A DNA stretch of 64,000 nt from Macrostomum lignano. Its lineage: Eukaryota. Positions 1 through 16,060 of the stretch are shown piece by piece. The notes under the pieces are model-generated. The model saw only the letters and a list, made by a program, of their open reading frames with translations. It was not told the origin of the DNA and made no database searches. The stretch spans positions 124,001 to 188,000 of the forward strand of contig NIVC01001304.1 in the NCBI GenBank assembly GCA_002269645.1. The letters run 5' to 3'. Position numbers and translations under genes: made by a program. Every line of letters starts with the position of its first letter. Positions within the stretch are counted from its first letter, which is position 1.

Positions 1-294
1 CCTGCATCAGCTTCGTGGTTTTATAATAATATTGTATACCGAAATCGTATTGAAAATAAATATTTTCAATGAAATAATGCAATATTAAAAATCGTTCATA
101 ATTTTTTGAATAAATTTCACTTTTTAAAGAAATAATTAACTTATGGAACTGTTAATTTTCACTGCCAATTTTCACTGCCAGTTCACTGCCATTTGTCTAC
201 TATATTATAACTTCATAAAGACACGTCTCTTGAGTATGATCACTTCATTTAATATCATTTAATTTCTTTCTAATAAACTAGTCGGGTTTTTTAG

Positions 295-3258
295 CAAACT
301 AATGTTACATTCAAGGAGCATCTGACATCACACATTGGGCTGTGCGAGCTTCCGCAGCCGGCTCTGGATCTGCTGACACGCCAGCTGGACTGGCGAGACC
401 TCCTCAGCCTGGGTCGCGTTTGTCGCCGCCTCCGCGCTGCTGCCTCGCGCGACTCGCTGTGGTTCGCAATCTGCGCGCGCCGCGGGTGGACAAAATTCGG
501 TCTACCTGGTGCCGAGTCGCTCCTCTCGCCAGCGGACGCCGACGCCGCTAGTGAAGGTCGCTTTGGTGGCTGTAGCAGCGGGGGTGCTTTTGGCACGTCG
601 CCAGTTTTTCCTGGGCCGTCGAGCCCCGAGGAGGAGCTGCTTTGGGGCCGGTGGAAGATGGTGTTTCTCAAGGCAAGGTGAGAGGATTTGCTCAACCCAG
701 TCAACTGTCAAAATGCCAATCTGGCAAGGTGAGAGGATTTGCTCAACCCAGTCAACTGTCAATATGCCAATCTGGCAAGGTGAGAGGATTTGCTCAACCC
801 AGTCAACTGTCAAAATGCCAATCTGGCAAGGTGAGAGGATTTGCTCAACCCAGTCAACTGTCAAAATGCCAATCTGGCAAGGTGAGAGGATTTGCTCAAC
901 CCAGTCAACTGTCAAAATGCCAATCTGGCAAGGTGAGAGGATTTGCTCAACCCAGTCAACTGTCAAAATGCCAATCTGGCAAGGTGAGAGGATTTGCTCA
1001 ACCCAGTCAACTGTCAATATGCCAATCTGGCAAGGTGAGAGGATTTGCTCAACCCAGTCAACTGTCAAAATGCCAATCTGGCAAGGTGAGAGGATTTGCT
1101 CAACCCAGTCAACTGTCAAAATGCCAATCTGGCAAGGTGAGAGGATTTGCTCAACCCAGTCAACTGTCAAAATGCCAATCTGGCAAGGTGAGGTGGCCCC
1201 CATTTCTTGCCAACTATTCAAGAGGTTATAACTCAAAGGATTCTGAAAGGAGCCATCAAATCACATGGCTGACGTACATGCCGAGAATTACACCGCGTGA
1301 CAACATAAAAACTGCTAATCTGCTAATTTTACCGTAGACTTGTAGGGCGTCAGTTTTGCAAGCAATCCCCAGGCTACAAAGCCAACACCCTTAGGCCTGG
1401 CTTTGTGTCCTGCCACGACTCTTTCGCTTTCGCAACGCGCAGATACTTAAAGAAGAGCTGGTCAACAGGCAGATACTTGGTCTCGCCGCCGTTGAGGCCT
1501 CCAAAATCAGCGAATCCCTCTGGCTGCGACAGCGCCATCAGCGCCTTCGCTTGCAACTCCAGCGTGGCCGTCACCGGCACTGGCAAGGGCCTGCTTTGCG
1601 TGTGGCACTGCCGCAGGGCTCAGCTGATGGCCCTGCGGCTGATGGACGATCCGGTGAGGGCTGGAGCTTCTTGGATGCTGCAAAAATTTAGTCTAGACTT
1701 TATACGAGTACTTCAGGGTTGCCGTAGCCCAGTGGTCCAGCGCGGCGCTTTGATGTACCAGTGGCCCAGGCTCGATTCAAAGTGCAGTCACATTAATTTG
1801 GGGCTGAATTGGAATCCCCGCTTGGGTCTGCTCGTGCAAACTAACGGCCTTGAGAGCCAACGACCAAGGCACAGTGGAGTAGTGTACAGTACATGCCTAA
1901 CGATAAATAAAGTTAGGGCCGCTGTACACTCCTGTGTGAGTGTGTGCGTATGAGTGCGTACTTACGCTGCGTACTTATCTGCGCGCTTGTGTGCCTGCTC
2001 AGGAGAGTCGGTGGAATGGGCAGTATTACCTCTTGCTGGATGTCGTTTAAAGTGTGCCAGGGTGTACACGGACAGCCCCTGCATCCAACCTCCACCTACC
2101 TGTACGAGTACTTCATTCCGCTGTGTTCCCCGCACAGATCTGCTCCATCTGCATCGGCTCCGCTGGCAGTGGCAGCAGCGGTGGCAGCTGCTTCGTCTAC
2201 ATTGGCTGCGACAATGGCATCGCGTACGAGATGGAGCTGACTGGTGCAGCTTCGTGTGATAAGGCAGCTTCGGAATGGAATCTACAGCAGCTGACGGTGC
2301 GCAGGTGCTTTCGCTGCTGCTCCGAGTTCGACAGCGAAGGCGGTCTTGAAGTTCAACTGCTGTGCTTTGTGCGTTGCGAGGACTTTCTGCAGCTGTCTGG
2401 GTCTGGTAAGCAATACTTTGCTACTTACAGTAGCTAGGCAAGATTGAGTGTCATTTTTAGAATATTTTCATAGATCTAAAAGTGCTCGGGATTGAGTTAA
2501 ACCCATCCCACACAGAGCCCTCACCGGACGCCAGCCTGCTGCAGTCCAACATGCTGATTGCCTACACGAGCAGCGGCAGCCTGAGCTCCTGGCGCCTCGA
2601 CACGGGCGCTCGCATCGGCGCCTGTCTGAGCGCAGGGCAGTCAGCTGGAGGCGGCGACTGTGACAGCCTGGCTTCCAGCTCCGTCTCGCATCAGCTGCTG
2701 GCTGTGGGCTCCTGGGACTGCGCCGTGCTGCTGTTTGACTGCCTCGCCTGCAGGCAGCTGGCAGCTCTGGCTGGCCACACGGAGGCTGTGTCCTGCATCT
2801 GGCTGGAGGCATCGACAGGCCGACTGGCCACGGGCAGCCTCGATGGCAGCGTCCGTCTTTGGCGATTCAGCTGTGGCGACGGCCGGTTTTGCAGCGCAGG
2901 CGCGCCGACGATCATGCGGGACTGCCACCCGGAGGTGTACTGTCTGGCCAGCCACGCCCACCTGCTGGCCAGCGGCGGCTCCGACTCCGAAATCCTCATC
3001 AGCGACTGGTCCGGCCAGCAGCTGCACCGTCTCTGCGGTCACGTGGGCGTGGTGCGCAACCTGAGCATGAGCCGCCTGCGGCTGGTGTCCAGCGGTGACG
3101 TGCGCAAAGTGATGGTCTGGGACTACAGGAGAGGCAAGCAGCTCAGCGTGCTACACCGGAACCCAACTCTGGTGCAGTTCATGCACGCCTGCGACACTTT
3201 GCTGGTCTTGGCGGCTCCCGGCAAGGCCGGCTGTCTGGTTTGCATCGCCTACTGGTAG
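295..3258 (+). CDS. F-box/WD40-repeat protein (5' end probably outside the window). Exons approx. 295-677, 1395-1653, 2138-2405, 2474-3258
   Basis: Frame from 295 (absent from the ORF track) reads GLCELPQPALDLLTRQLDWRDLLSLGRVCRRLRAAASRDSLW, an F-box. Later exons have WD40 motifs (GHTEAVSCI...LATGSLDGSVRLW; GHVGVVRNL...VMVWD). GT-AG junctions are phase-compatible: 677/1395, 1653/2138, 2405/2474. Confidence 0.85.
672..1191 (+). repeat. 51-bp tandem array (~10 copies) in F-box intron 1; every unit carries the donor AAG|GTGAG
   Basis: Unit ggcaaggtgagaggatttgctcaacccagtcaactgtcaaaatgccaatct, read directly. Confidence 0.95.
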
Positions 3259-3415
3259 GCACCGCAGCTTGGACTGGTTGGCGAATTCGTCAGGAGGCTG
3301 CCGCCTTGATTCGCATGAGGGCACTGGAAACAGTTGATGGTCTGGTCTTCCGGCAACCGAGCTGCTGCATTAGATTCCTTTTTAGTTCTACCGAAAGGAA
3401 CTCTCTTTCATTATC

Positions 3416-4832
3416 TGCCGTCAGTGTCTAATTGGAGAGCTCTCTATCATTAGTGGCCGTCAGTGTCTAATCGGAGGGCTCTCTATCATTAGTTGCCGTC
3501 AGTGTCTAATCGGAGGGCTCTCTATCATTAGTGGCCGTCAGTGTCTAATCGGAGGGCTCTCTATCATTAGTGGCCGTCAGTGTCTAATCGGAGGGCTCTC
3601 TATCATTAGTTGCCGTCAGTGTCTAATCGGAGGGCTCTCTATCATTAGTGGCCGTCAGTGTCTAATCGGAGGGCTCTCTTTCATTAGTGGCCGTCAGTGT
3701 CTAATTGGAGAGCTCTCTATCATTAGTGGCCGTCAGTGTCTAATTGGAGAGCTCTCTATCATTAGTGGCCGTCAGTGTCTAATCGGAGGGCTCTCTATCA
3801 TTAGTGGCCGTCAGTGTCTAATCGGAGGGCTCTCTATCATTAGTGGCCGTCAGTGTCTAATCGGAGGGCTCTCTATCATTAGTGGCCGTCAGTGTCTAAT
3901 CGGAGGGCTCTCTATCATTAGTTGCCGTCAGTGTCTAATCGGAGGGCTCTCTATCATTAGTGGCCGTCAGTGTCTAATCGGAGGGCTCTCTTTCATTAGT
4001 GGCCGTCAGTGTCTAATTGGAGAGCTCTCTATCATTAGTGGCCGTCAGTGTCTAATTGGAGAGCTCTCTATCATTAGTGGCCGTCAGTGTCTAATCGGAG
4101 GGCTCTCTATCATTAGTGGCCGTCAGTGTCTAATCGGAGAGCTCTCTATCATTAGTGGCCGTCAGTGTCTAATTGCAGAGCTCTCTATCATTAGTGGCCG
4201 TCAGTGTCTAATTGCAGAGCTCTCAATCATTAGTGGCCGTCAGTGTCTAATCGGAGAGCTCTCTATCATTAGTGGCCGTCAGTGTCTAATTGCAGAGCTC
4301 TCTTTCATTAGTGGCCGTCAGTGTCTAATTGCAGAGCTCTCTTTCATTAGTTGCCGTCAGTGTCTAATTGCAGAGCTCTCTTTCATTAGTTGCCGTCAGT
4401 GTCTAATTGCAGAGCTCTCTTTCATTAGTTGCCGTCAGTGTCTAATCGGAGAGCTCTCTTTCATTAGTTGCCGTCAGTGTCTAATCGGAGAGCTCTCTTT
4501 CATTAGTGGCCGTCAGTGTCTAATCGGAGAGCTCTCTTTCATTAGTGGCCGTCAGTGTCTAATTGCAGAGCTCTCTTTCATTAGTTGCCGTCAGTGTCTA
4601 ATTGCAGAGCTCTCTTTCATTAGTGGCCGTCAGTGTCTAATCGGAGAGCTCTCTTTCATTAGTTGCCGTCAGTGTCTAATCGGAGGGCTCTCTTTCATTA
4701 GTGGCCGTCAGTGTCTAATTGGAGAGCTCTCTTTCATTAGTGGCCGTCAGTGTCTAATCGGAGAGCTCTCTTTCATTAGTTGCCGTCAGTGTCTAATCGG
4801 AGGGCTCTCTATCATTAGTTGCCGTCAGTGTC
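3416..4832. repeat. 39-bp minisatellite, ~36 copies
   Basis: Unit gccgtcagtgtctaat(t/c)ggag(a/g)gctctct(a/t)tcattagt(g/t), with an internal GAGAGCTCTC palindrome in many copies. Confidence 0.95.
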
Positions 4833-5315
4833 CTAATCAGGGCACACCAAAGATTTGCGGTTTTGACTTCTAATAGAATAACTTTGTAACTTTTTTTACC
4901 TATATGTGTTTTTTCCCGTGTGCTCAGAGCATATGAAAATTATGAAATCCTGCGGTGCCACGCTTTAAAGAAAGAAATATTGATAAAAACTAGCATTTAC
5001 ATGTACATGTGCTTCGACAGTGACAAATCAGTGCTTGTAATGTTTTACATAATGTTTACAACGAATTAGATTCACAGGCTAAATTTCCATTAATATTTAT
5101 CCACGCAAAATGTTTTCCAAAGATCTTAATTTCGTCTTCCTGTCTTTGCCGGCCCAAGACCTGTCGTGAGCCGCGCAGCTTTAATCACCTTGGCGTAATC
5201 TGGTTCTAGTAGTTGAGGCCTAATCCAGATTCCAAAGGCCAAAATTGTCTGTCAGCCAAGATGACATGCAGCAGTCACTCGACTTAATGAATTCACAAGG
5301 GATGCGTGGAGGGGT

Positions 5316-5609
<294 letters not shown>

Positions 5610-5806
5610 CGAGACTTTTTAGTACATTAAAATACAAAGATTAAAATGAAACAGGTTGATAATCTATGGTTGGTCGGATTTCCGAAGTCTGTATAGGAAT
5701 GACTCGGCTGTAACAACAAATGATACGTACATGTAATTGAATCTTTACTACATGTAGAAGTTTTCAATTTTCCTTCCTGGCAGTACAAAGTCCCGTCACT
5801 CAGCCG

Positions 5807-8088
5807 TCAGAACTCCAGGCACGGGTTGCTGGGAGCATCCGACGCGGTGCCACAAATCGAGGGGCTCCCGGCCTCGCTGGCCTCGACTGGCTGGTCGGCG
5901 GCGGTCTCGCAGCGCCAGGAGGACCGCAGGCTCAGCCGGATCGGCTGTGCCCGCGCCTGAGCCGCCCGCTGGGAGGCGCCACCTTCAATGCGGCTACCCA
6001 GCCGGGAGCTGCCAGCCTGCAGGCACTGGCGCTCCGACCGCGCGCTCTCCTGACCCGCGCGCTTCCGGCGCAGCAGGCGCCAGAAGCCGAAGGTGGCGCT
6101 GAACGCTTGGCGGAACTGCTTGCTCATGCAGCAGTACAGCACGAAGTTCACCGAGTTGTTCACCAGGGCCAAGGTGTTCAGCAGCGCTGCGTAGGCACCC
6201 ATGAAGCACTGGACCGCCGGCAGGCCCAGTTGCTCGTCCTCGAGGATGTTCAGCATGCTGACCGGGATCTCGTAGACGATGTACAGCACAATGATGACCA
6301 TGAGGAAGGCGGTGGTGCGCCTGTGGCGCCGGGACCTGCGCTCGTGCCTGGCCGACCCGGGCTTCGGGTTCGCCAGCGATTCGCGACGGCGCTCGGTGCG
6401 GCGCAGACAGCGGATGATGCAGCAGCAGAGCCCCGCCATCAGCAGGCAGGGCAGCGCCTTCTGGGCCAGGCAGTTGAACAGCCGGATCTTGAAGGCGTGC
6501 CGCTGCTCCATCGACACCTGATCAGGCGATTGGGGTCGTCAAGCCCTCAGCTGAGCACAAAGCTACATGTATACCCTTTAAATAAGCCCCAGATTACACT
6601 CAGCTGAGCAGCAGATTACACTCAGCTGAGCAATAGATTACACTCAGCTGAGCACCAGATTACACTCAGCTGAGCACCACATTACACTCAGCTGAGCATC
6701 AGATTGCACTCAGCTGAGCATCAGATTACACTCAGCTGAGCATCAGATTACACTCAGCTGAGCACCAGATTACACTCAGCTGAGCAGCAGATTACACTCA
6801 GCTGAGCAGCAGATTACACTCAGCTGAGCAGCAGATTACACTCAGCTGAGCACCAGATTACACTCAGCTGAGCAGCAGATTACACTCAGCTGAGCACCAG
6901 ATTACACTCAGCTGAGCACCAGATTACACTCAGCTGAGCACCAGATTACACTCAGCTGAGCAGCAGATTACACTCAGCTGAGCACCAGATTACACTCAGC
7001 TGAGCACCAGATTACACTCAGCTGAGCACCACATTACACTCAGCTGAGCACCACATTACACTCAGCTGAGCATCAGATTGCACTCAGCTGAGCATCAGAT
7101 TACACTTAGCTGAGCACCACATTACACTCAGCTGAGCATCAGATTGCACTCAGCTGAGCATCAGATTGCACTCAGCTGAGCATCAGATTACACTCAGCTG
7201 AGCACCACATTACACTCAGCTGAGCATCAGATTGCACTCAGCTGAGCATCAGATTACACTTAGCTGAGCATCAGATTGCACTCAGCTGAGCATCAGATTA
7301 CACTCAGCTGAGCATCAGATTACACTCAACTGAGCAGCAGATTACACTCAACTGAGCAGCAGATTACACTCAGCTGAGCACCAGATTACACTCAGCTGAG
7401 CACCAGATTACACTCAGCTGAGCAGCAGATTACACTCAGCTGAGCACCAGATTACACTCAGCTGATGGGGATCCAGGTACCAAAAGCAAGTTCACACCGG
7501 CACCCACAGCCCCCCCCCCCAGCTCACCTGGTAGGCGGTTTCGTTTCCGGCCACGCTGCCTCCCTGCTGCCTCAGCGGCTCCACCCTCAGATTCGCAGCG
7601 TATGGCGCCAGCGCGGCGCAGTTCGCCAGAAAGGCGAGCAGCAGCGCCAGGCGCGCCCTGGCCAGGCCGAACCAGGCCTTCGTGCGCGGCGCGGCATAGT
7701 ACTGCAAGTAGAAGAAGCGAAACAAGGCCAGCAGGACTCCGCACCAGAGAGCGAAGGCGTGCATCAGGTACATGACGACATTGCAGACAAGCAGCGCCGC
7801 CTGCCAGCCGTAGCTGCTGGCCGCCCGCTGGAACTGGGCCTGCAGAACTGCCGCAGCCAGGAAAATGAGCACCTTGCTGAGGTCGCTGACCGCGATGCCT
7901 AGCAGGATGCTGTTGGTCGGCGTCACCATCTTGCGCTGGCTGAACACGGCGATGTTGAAGCAGTTCATCAGCACCGACAGCAGCGAGATGCTGCCGATCA
8001 CTGGGACGCTGACGGCAGCAAAGCTCAGGCTGAGGGAGCTCTCCGAGCAGGTGGGGCCGGTTGAGTTGTCGAGGCCGACGCTGGACAT
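5807..8088 (-). CDS. Class A peptide GPCR (FMRFamide/myosuppressin-receptor-like), ~423 aa. Exons 8088-7528 and 6517-5807
   Basis: TM1-2 NCFNIAVFSQRKMVTPTNSILLGIAVSDL; TM6 TTAFLMVIIVLYIVYEIP; TM7 NNSVNFVLYCCMSKQFRQAF. Phase-0 intron CAG|GTGAG...ATCAG|GTG. Confidence 0.88.
6588..7464. repeat. 22-bp minisatellite (~40 copies) filling the GPCR intron
   Basis: Unit agattacactcagctgagca(g/c/t)c containing the palindrome CTCAGCTGAG. Confidence 0.95.
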
Positions 8089-8138
8089 TCTGCTTGCTGC
8101 TGGAGTAGCGCGGGTGTGTTGCGGTGCGAGCCCTGCCC

Positions 8139-8352
<214 letters not shown>

Positions 8353-9104
8353 AGCACGCAGGATTCAAAGTGCAGGCATACGGGAGCGTCCTCTCCGAAT
8401 CAGTCGCTGAGTCGCCGTTTCCCAGCCTGCTTCCTCATCCCTTAATGCAGACGTCTCACTGCCAGCCCACGCGATCGGGGGAAGTGGCTTTGGAGAAAGT
8501 GAGGAAATCGAGTTTCTGCAATTATTCTAGAAGCAGCAACAGCCGACAGGCGCAGCAGACGCAGCTGCTGGCGCCACAATCTGTCTCTGTCAGCTGGTGC
8601 GGACGCGAAGGCAGCAGGCGGGCGGCTCTGGGCCAGCGGTATAAATAATTAATAATTAATGAGCTTCACCGCCGAACTTGCTCAAGTTCGCAAAGCAGTG
8701 CTGGACTGCCGGAACGGAAGCGAAAATGGAAAATCCTGCTAGAGGGCTTGGCGCACCTGTGGTGCACAATGGCCGTGGCAGGGATCCCATAGATTTGCTA
8801 AGACTCAAGGACACAGGACGGACTATTCAAGGCATCAGTGTTTGGGCGAACCTCTTTCGACGCTACTATTGCAGCATTAATAGCATGCTTCAGACTTTGC
8901 AACTGTTTATTATTAGTTTGGCAGGTATGGAGGAATCAGCCAGCCGTGTGGCAGCTCAACTTCCAGCCCGACAGGCTTACTCTCAGCCTGGGAGGCGGAT
9001 GTGAGCTGCTGCTTGGCTGCAGCTTGTCAGCTGGAACACGGACTGGACTCAGCCAGCTGCACCGATGAAGCTCAGGCAGCTGCGACTCCCTCACTTTACC
9101 CTAG

Positions 9105-9960
<856 letters not shown>

Positions 9961-10245
9961 AAAAGGCTTCCCGGCACTTACGATCACACAAATTTGAACG
10001 GGCCTCGGGGACTTGCGGCAGTCAGTTCACAGTTCAGCAGCAGTCCAGTAGCGCGGATGTCCTCAATTATTCTTGCGGGGAGCCCAGCAGGAGCGAATGG
10101 CTTTGCATGGCTCCAGTGATTCGCCAGCGGCAGTAGTCTCATCATTTAAGCTCACTCAGCAGCCAATGGAGAGCGGCCTCGCTGCCGAAATGGGACTTCT
10201 ATGAGTCTTATCCGGCGTTTAAGTGGACAATGCCTAATTCCTAGT

Positions 10246-12713
10246 ATGTCTGTATCAGTCACAGTGTCAGTCTGTATCAGTCACAGTGTCAGTCTGTATC
10301 CGCCACAGTGTCAGTCTGTATCAGTCACAGTGTCAGTCTGTATCAGTCACAGTGTCAGTCTGTATCAGTCACAGTGTCAGTCTGTATCAGTCACAGTGTC
10401 AGTCTGTATCAGTCACAGTGTCAGTCTGTATCAGTCACAGTGTCAGTCTGTATCAGTCACAGTGTTAGTCTGTATCAGTCACAGTGTCAGTCTGTATCAG
10501 TCACAGTGTCAGTCTGTATCAGTCACTGTATCAGTCACAGTGTCAGTCTGTATCAGTCACAGTGTTAGTCTGTATCAGTCACAGTGTTAGTCTGTATCAG
10601 TCACAGTGTCAGTCTGTATCAGTCACAGTGTCAGTCTGTATCAGTCACTGTATCAGTCACAGTGTCAGTCTGTATCAGTCACTGTATCAGTCACAGTGTC
10701 AGTCTGTATCAGTCACTGTATCAGTCACAGTGTCAGTCTGTATCAGTCACTGTATCAGTCACAGTGTCAGTCTGTATCAGTCACTGTATCAGTCACAGTG
10801 TCAGTCTGTATCAGTCACTGTATCAGTCACAGTGTCAGTCTGTATCAGTCACTGTATCAGTCACAGTGTCAGTCTGTATCAGTCACTGTATCAGTCACAG
10901 TGTCAGTCTGTATCAGTCACTGTATCAGTCACAGTGTCAGTCTGTATCAGTCACTGTATCAGTCACAGTGTCAGTCTGTATCAGTCACTGTATCAGTCAC
11001 AGTGTCAGTCTGTATCAGTCACTGTATCAGTCACAGTGTCAGTCTGTATCAGTCACTGTATCAGTCACAGTGTCAGTCTGTATCAGTCACTGTATCAGTC
11101 ACAGTGTCAGTCTGTATCAGTCACAGTGTCAGTCTGTATCAGTCACAGTGTCAGTCTGTATCAGTCACAGTGTCAGTCTGTATCAGTCACTGTATCAGTC
11201 ACAGTGTCAGTCTGTATCAGTCACAGTGTCAGTCTGTATCAGTCACAGTGTCAGTCTGTATCAGTCACAGTGTCAGTCTGTATCAGTCACAGTGTCAGTC
11301 TGTATCAGTCACAGTGTCAGTCTGTATCAGTCACAGTGTCAGTCTGTATCAGTCACTGTATCAGTCACAGTGTCAGTCTGTATCAGTCACAGTGTCAGTC
11401 TGTATCAGTCACAGTGTCAGTCTGTATCAGTCACAGTGTCAGTCTGTATCAGTCACTGTATCAGTCACAGTGTCAGTCTGTATCAGTCACAGTGTCAGTC
11501 TGTATCAGTCACAGTGTCAGTCTGTATCAGTCACAGTGTCAGTCTGTATCAGTCACAGTGTCAGTCTGTATCAGTCACAGTGTCAGTCTGTATCAGTCAC
11601 ATTGTCAGTCTGTATCAGTCACAGTGTCAGTCTGTATCAGTCACAGTGTCAGTCTGTATCAGTCACAGTGTCAGTCTGTATCAGTCACAGTGTCAGTCAC
11701 AGTGTCAGTCTGTATCAGTCACAGTGTCAGTCTGTATCAGTCACTGTATCAGTCACAGTGTCAGTCTGTATCAGTCACAGTGTCAGTCTGTATCAGTCAC
11801 AGTGTCAGTCTGTATCAGTCACAGTGTCAGTCTGTATCAGTCACAGTGTCAGTCTGTATCAGTCACAGTGTCAGTCTGTATCAGTCACAGTGTCAGTCTG
11901 TATCAGTAACAGTGTCAGTCTGTATCAGTCACAGTGTCAGTCTGTATCAGTCACAGTGTCAGTCTGTATCAGTCACAGTGTCAGTCTGTATCAGTCACAG
12001 TGTCAGTCTGTATCAGTCACAGTGTCAGTCTGAATCAGTCACAGTGTCAGTCTGTATCAGTCACAGTGTCAGTCTGTATCAGTCACAGTGTCAGTCTGTA
12101 TCAGTCACAGTGTCAGTCTGTATCAGTCAAATTGTCAGTCTGTATCAGTCACAGTGTCAGTCTGTATCAGTCACAGTGTCAGTCTGAATCAGTCACAGTG
12201 TCAGTCTGTATCAGTCACAGTGTCAGTCTGTATCAGTCACAGTGTCAGTCTGTATCAGTCACAGTGTTAGTCTGTATCAGTCACAGTGTCAGTCTGTATC
12301 AGTCACAGTGTCAGTCTGTATCAGTCACTGTATCAGTCACAGTGTCAGTCTGTATCAGTCACTGTATCAGTCACAGTGTCAGTCTGTATCAGTCACAGTG
12401 TTAGTCTGTATCAGTCACAGTGTTAGTCTGTATCAGTCACAGTGTCAGTCTGTATCAGTCACAGTGTCAGTCTGTATCAGTCACTGTATCAGTCACAGTG
12501 TCAGTCTGTATCAGTCACAGTGTCAGTCTGTATCAGTCACAGTGTCAGTCTGTATCAGTCACAGTGTCAGTCTGTATCAGTCACAGTGTCAGTCTGTATC
12601 AGTCACATTGTCAGTCTGTATCAGTCACAGTGTCAGTCTGTATCAGTCACAGTGTCAGTCTGAATCAGTCACAGTGTCAGTCTGTATCAGTCACAGTGTC
12701 AGTCTGAATCAGT
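10246..12713. repeat. 22-bp minisatellite with interspersed 12-bp partial units, ~2.5 kb
   Basis: Unit tgtcagtctgtatcagtcacag; extra tgtatcagtcac units give a 34-bp period at about 10650-11100. Confidence 0.95.
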
Positions 12714-13142
12714 TAGTGTTGAAATTAATTAATTAATCGTAGTCGTAGGAAAAATCTAATTTACTTAATATGGAAAGTTAAGCAGGAACTCTCAGACATT
12801 TTATTTGAAGTCTGGCGATCTCAGAGAGCTGGCATCTCCAGAGCGTGCAATCAGAATCCCCTCAGCGCAAAGCAGTCAGTTCACCTCCTCATCGCAAGCG
12901 GCAGGTTTCATCAATGGGAGACGCGACGCGCCTTATCAAAGTTTTTGCCTTTGATGGATTTTTCCAACTAATTTGCACGAACAACACCCCCGCTCGCAGT
13001 CCGGTAGTGGCGTTTCAGTCGAGGATGTCTATGGTCAAGAGACCATTGATTGGGGCGATGTGGATTGGAAGACTGAAATAAACTACATGTTGCTAAATAA
13101 AGATGCGCACAAACTAACTTTGTGGTGAAGACATACACTACG

Positions 13143-13262
13143 GGGTTATGGTTAGTGTTAGGGCTTGGGCTAGGGTTATGGTTAGGGTTAGGACTAGGGC
13201 TAGGGTTAGGGTTATGGTTGGGGTTAGGGCTAGGGTTATGTTTAGGGTTAGGGTTAGGGTTT
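13143..13262 (+). repeat. Degenerate interstitial (TTAGGG)n telomere-like tract
   Basis: ttaggg/ctaggg/ttatgg variants in 6-bp phase. Confidence 0.85.
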
Positions 13263-13935
13263 AGTAATATAAGAATTGATTCTTATTCGGAGAAAACAAA
13301 GCGCAAAGTGCCTTCATTCTGTGGCATATCTTGCTTGTACTTTCTGAGATAGCAGGTTTGCAATATCACTCCATCAAATGTTTTCCGCAATATTTTCACC
13401 CTGTCAACCTCATTAACTGCGTTCTAAGAAATAACCGACACTCTCTCGCTCACTACAGAAACAAAGCTTATGTGAATGAAATCTGGCTGCATTTATCCAG
13501 ATTAGCAATTAAAATAGGAACCAGCTTGTTCGTGCTTCACTACTGAAGTAGTATTGGAGTTCATGGTTTGGTGCGTATGTATATATTTTTCGTAATAGTG
13601 AGAGAGCGTTAAAAAGGCCCTTATTCGGTCCCTGTGATGCTCAGGGCGAATTCCATGAGATGAGCTGAAGTCATGAAGACGCCGGCTTCTCGGGCTGAGC
13701 GGCCTCCTTGATGAAGGCTTGCCTGCGGGAAAAGCGTTTGGAATTGAAAATGTTGGAACTTTTTAGGGAGTTACAACCCGCGTTGTTACTAGCAGTAGCT
13801 TGTAAGGGTTATTTCCCCTTGATAGTTAATTTAATCTCATTGAAACTAGCGGCTTGAGGTAAACAAGTAAAAATATGAAATTATTCAATCATTATAAGAG
13901 TAGAAGCTAGAGAGAGAGAGAGCAGAAATATATGA

Positions 13936-14565
13936 AGACAGAAGGCAGAAGACAGAAGGCAGAAGACAGAAGACAGAAGACAAAAGACAAAAGGCAGAAG
14001 ACAGAAGACAGAAGACAGAAGGCAGAAGGCAGACGACAAGACAGAAGACAAGAAGGCAGAAGACAAACGACAAAAGGCAGAAGACAAGAAGGCAGAAGAC
14101 AAAAGGCAGAAGACAGAAGACAGAAGACAGAAGGCAGAAGGCAGAAGACAAGACAGAAGACAAGAAGGCAGAAGACAGAAGGCAGAAGGCAGAAGATGAC
14201 AGAAGGCAGAATAAAAAAGGCAAAAGACAGAAGGCAGAAGACAAAAGGCAGAAGACAGAAGACAAAAGGCAGAAGACAGAAGACAAAAGGAAGGCAGAAG
14301 ACAGAAGACAAAAGGCAGAAGACAGAAGACAAAAGGCAGAAGACAGAAGGCAGAAGACAAAAGGCAGAAGACAGAAGACAGAAGACAGAAGGCAGAAGAC
14401 AGAAAGCGGAAGACAGAAGACAGAAGGCAGAAGATAAGACAAAAGACAAAAGGCAGAAGACAGAAGGCAGAAGACAAAAGGCAGAAGACAGAAGACAGAA
14501 GGCAGAAGACACAAGGCAGAAGACAGAAGACAAAAGGCAGAAGACAGAAGGCAGAAGACACAAGG

Positions 14566-14603
<38 letters not shown>

Positions 14604-14826
14604 AAGGCAGAAGACAAAAGGCAGAAGACAGAAGGCAGAAGACACAAGGCAGAAGACACAAGGCAGAAGACAGAAGACAGAAGACACAAGGCAGAAGACA
14701 CAAGGCAGAAGACAGAAGACAGAAGACAGAAGGCAGAAGACAGAAGACAAAAGGCAGAAGAAGACAGAAGACAGAAGACAGAAGGCAGAAGACAGAAGAC
14801 AAAAGGCAGAAGAAGACAGAAGACAG
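13936..14826. repeat. Degenerate 7-bp satellite (AGAAGAC/AAAAGGC)
   Basis: Direct reading; the K/E/R/D-rich and antisense LLSSVFC ORFs are by-products. Confidence 0.95.
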
Positions 14827-14842
14827 CAGGCTGCAGCGAAGC

Positions 14843-16060
<1,218 letters not shown>

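Noticed and set aside
502-1337. Three 230-245-aa repetitive ORFs
   Set aside because: Products of the 51-bp intronic array; the real exon is in a frame not listed in the track.
3416-4832. 39-bp (and 37-bp at 60339-60850) arrays with palindromic cores resembling CRISPR repeats
   Set aside because: Units are head-to-tail with no unique spacers, there are no cas genes, and the context is eukaryotic.
5994-7902. ORFs antisense to or overlapping the GPCR, and similar ones over the LicD gene and FAS1 exons
   Set aside because: Shadow ORFs expected from high GC3 codon usage.
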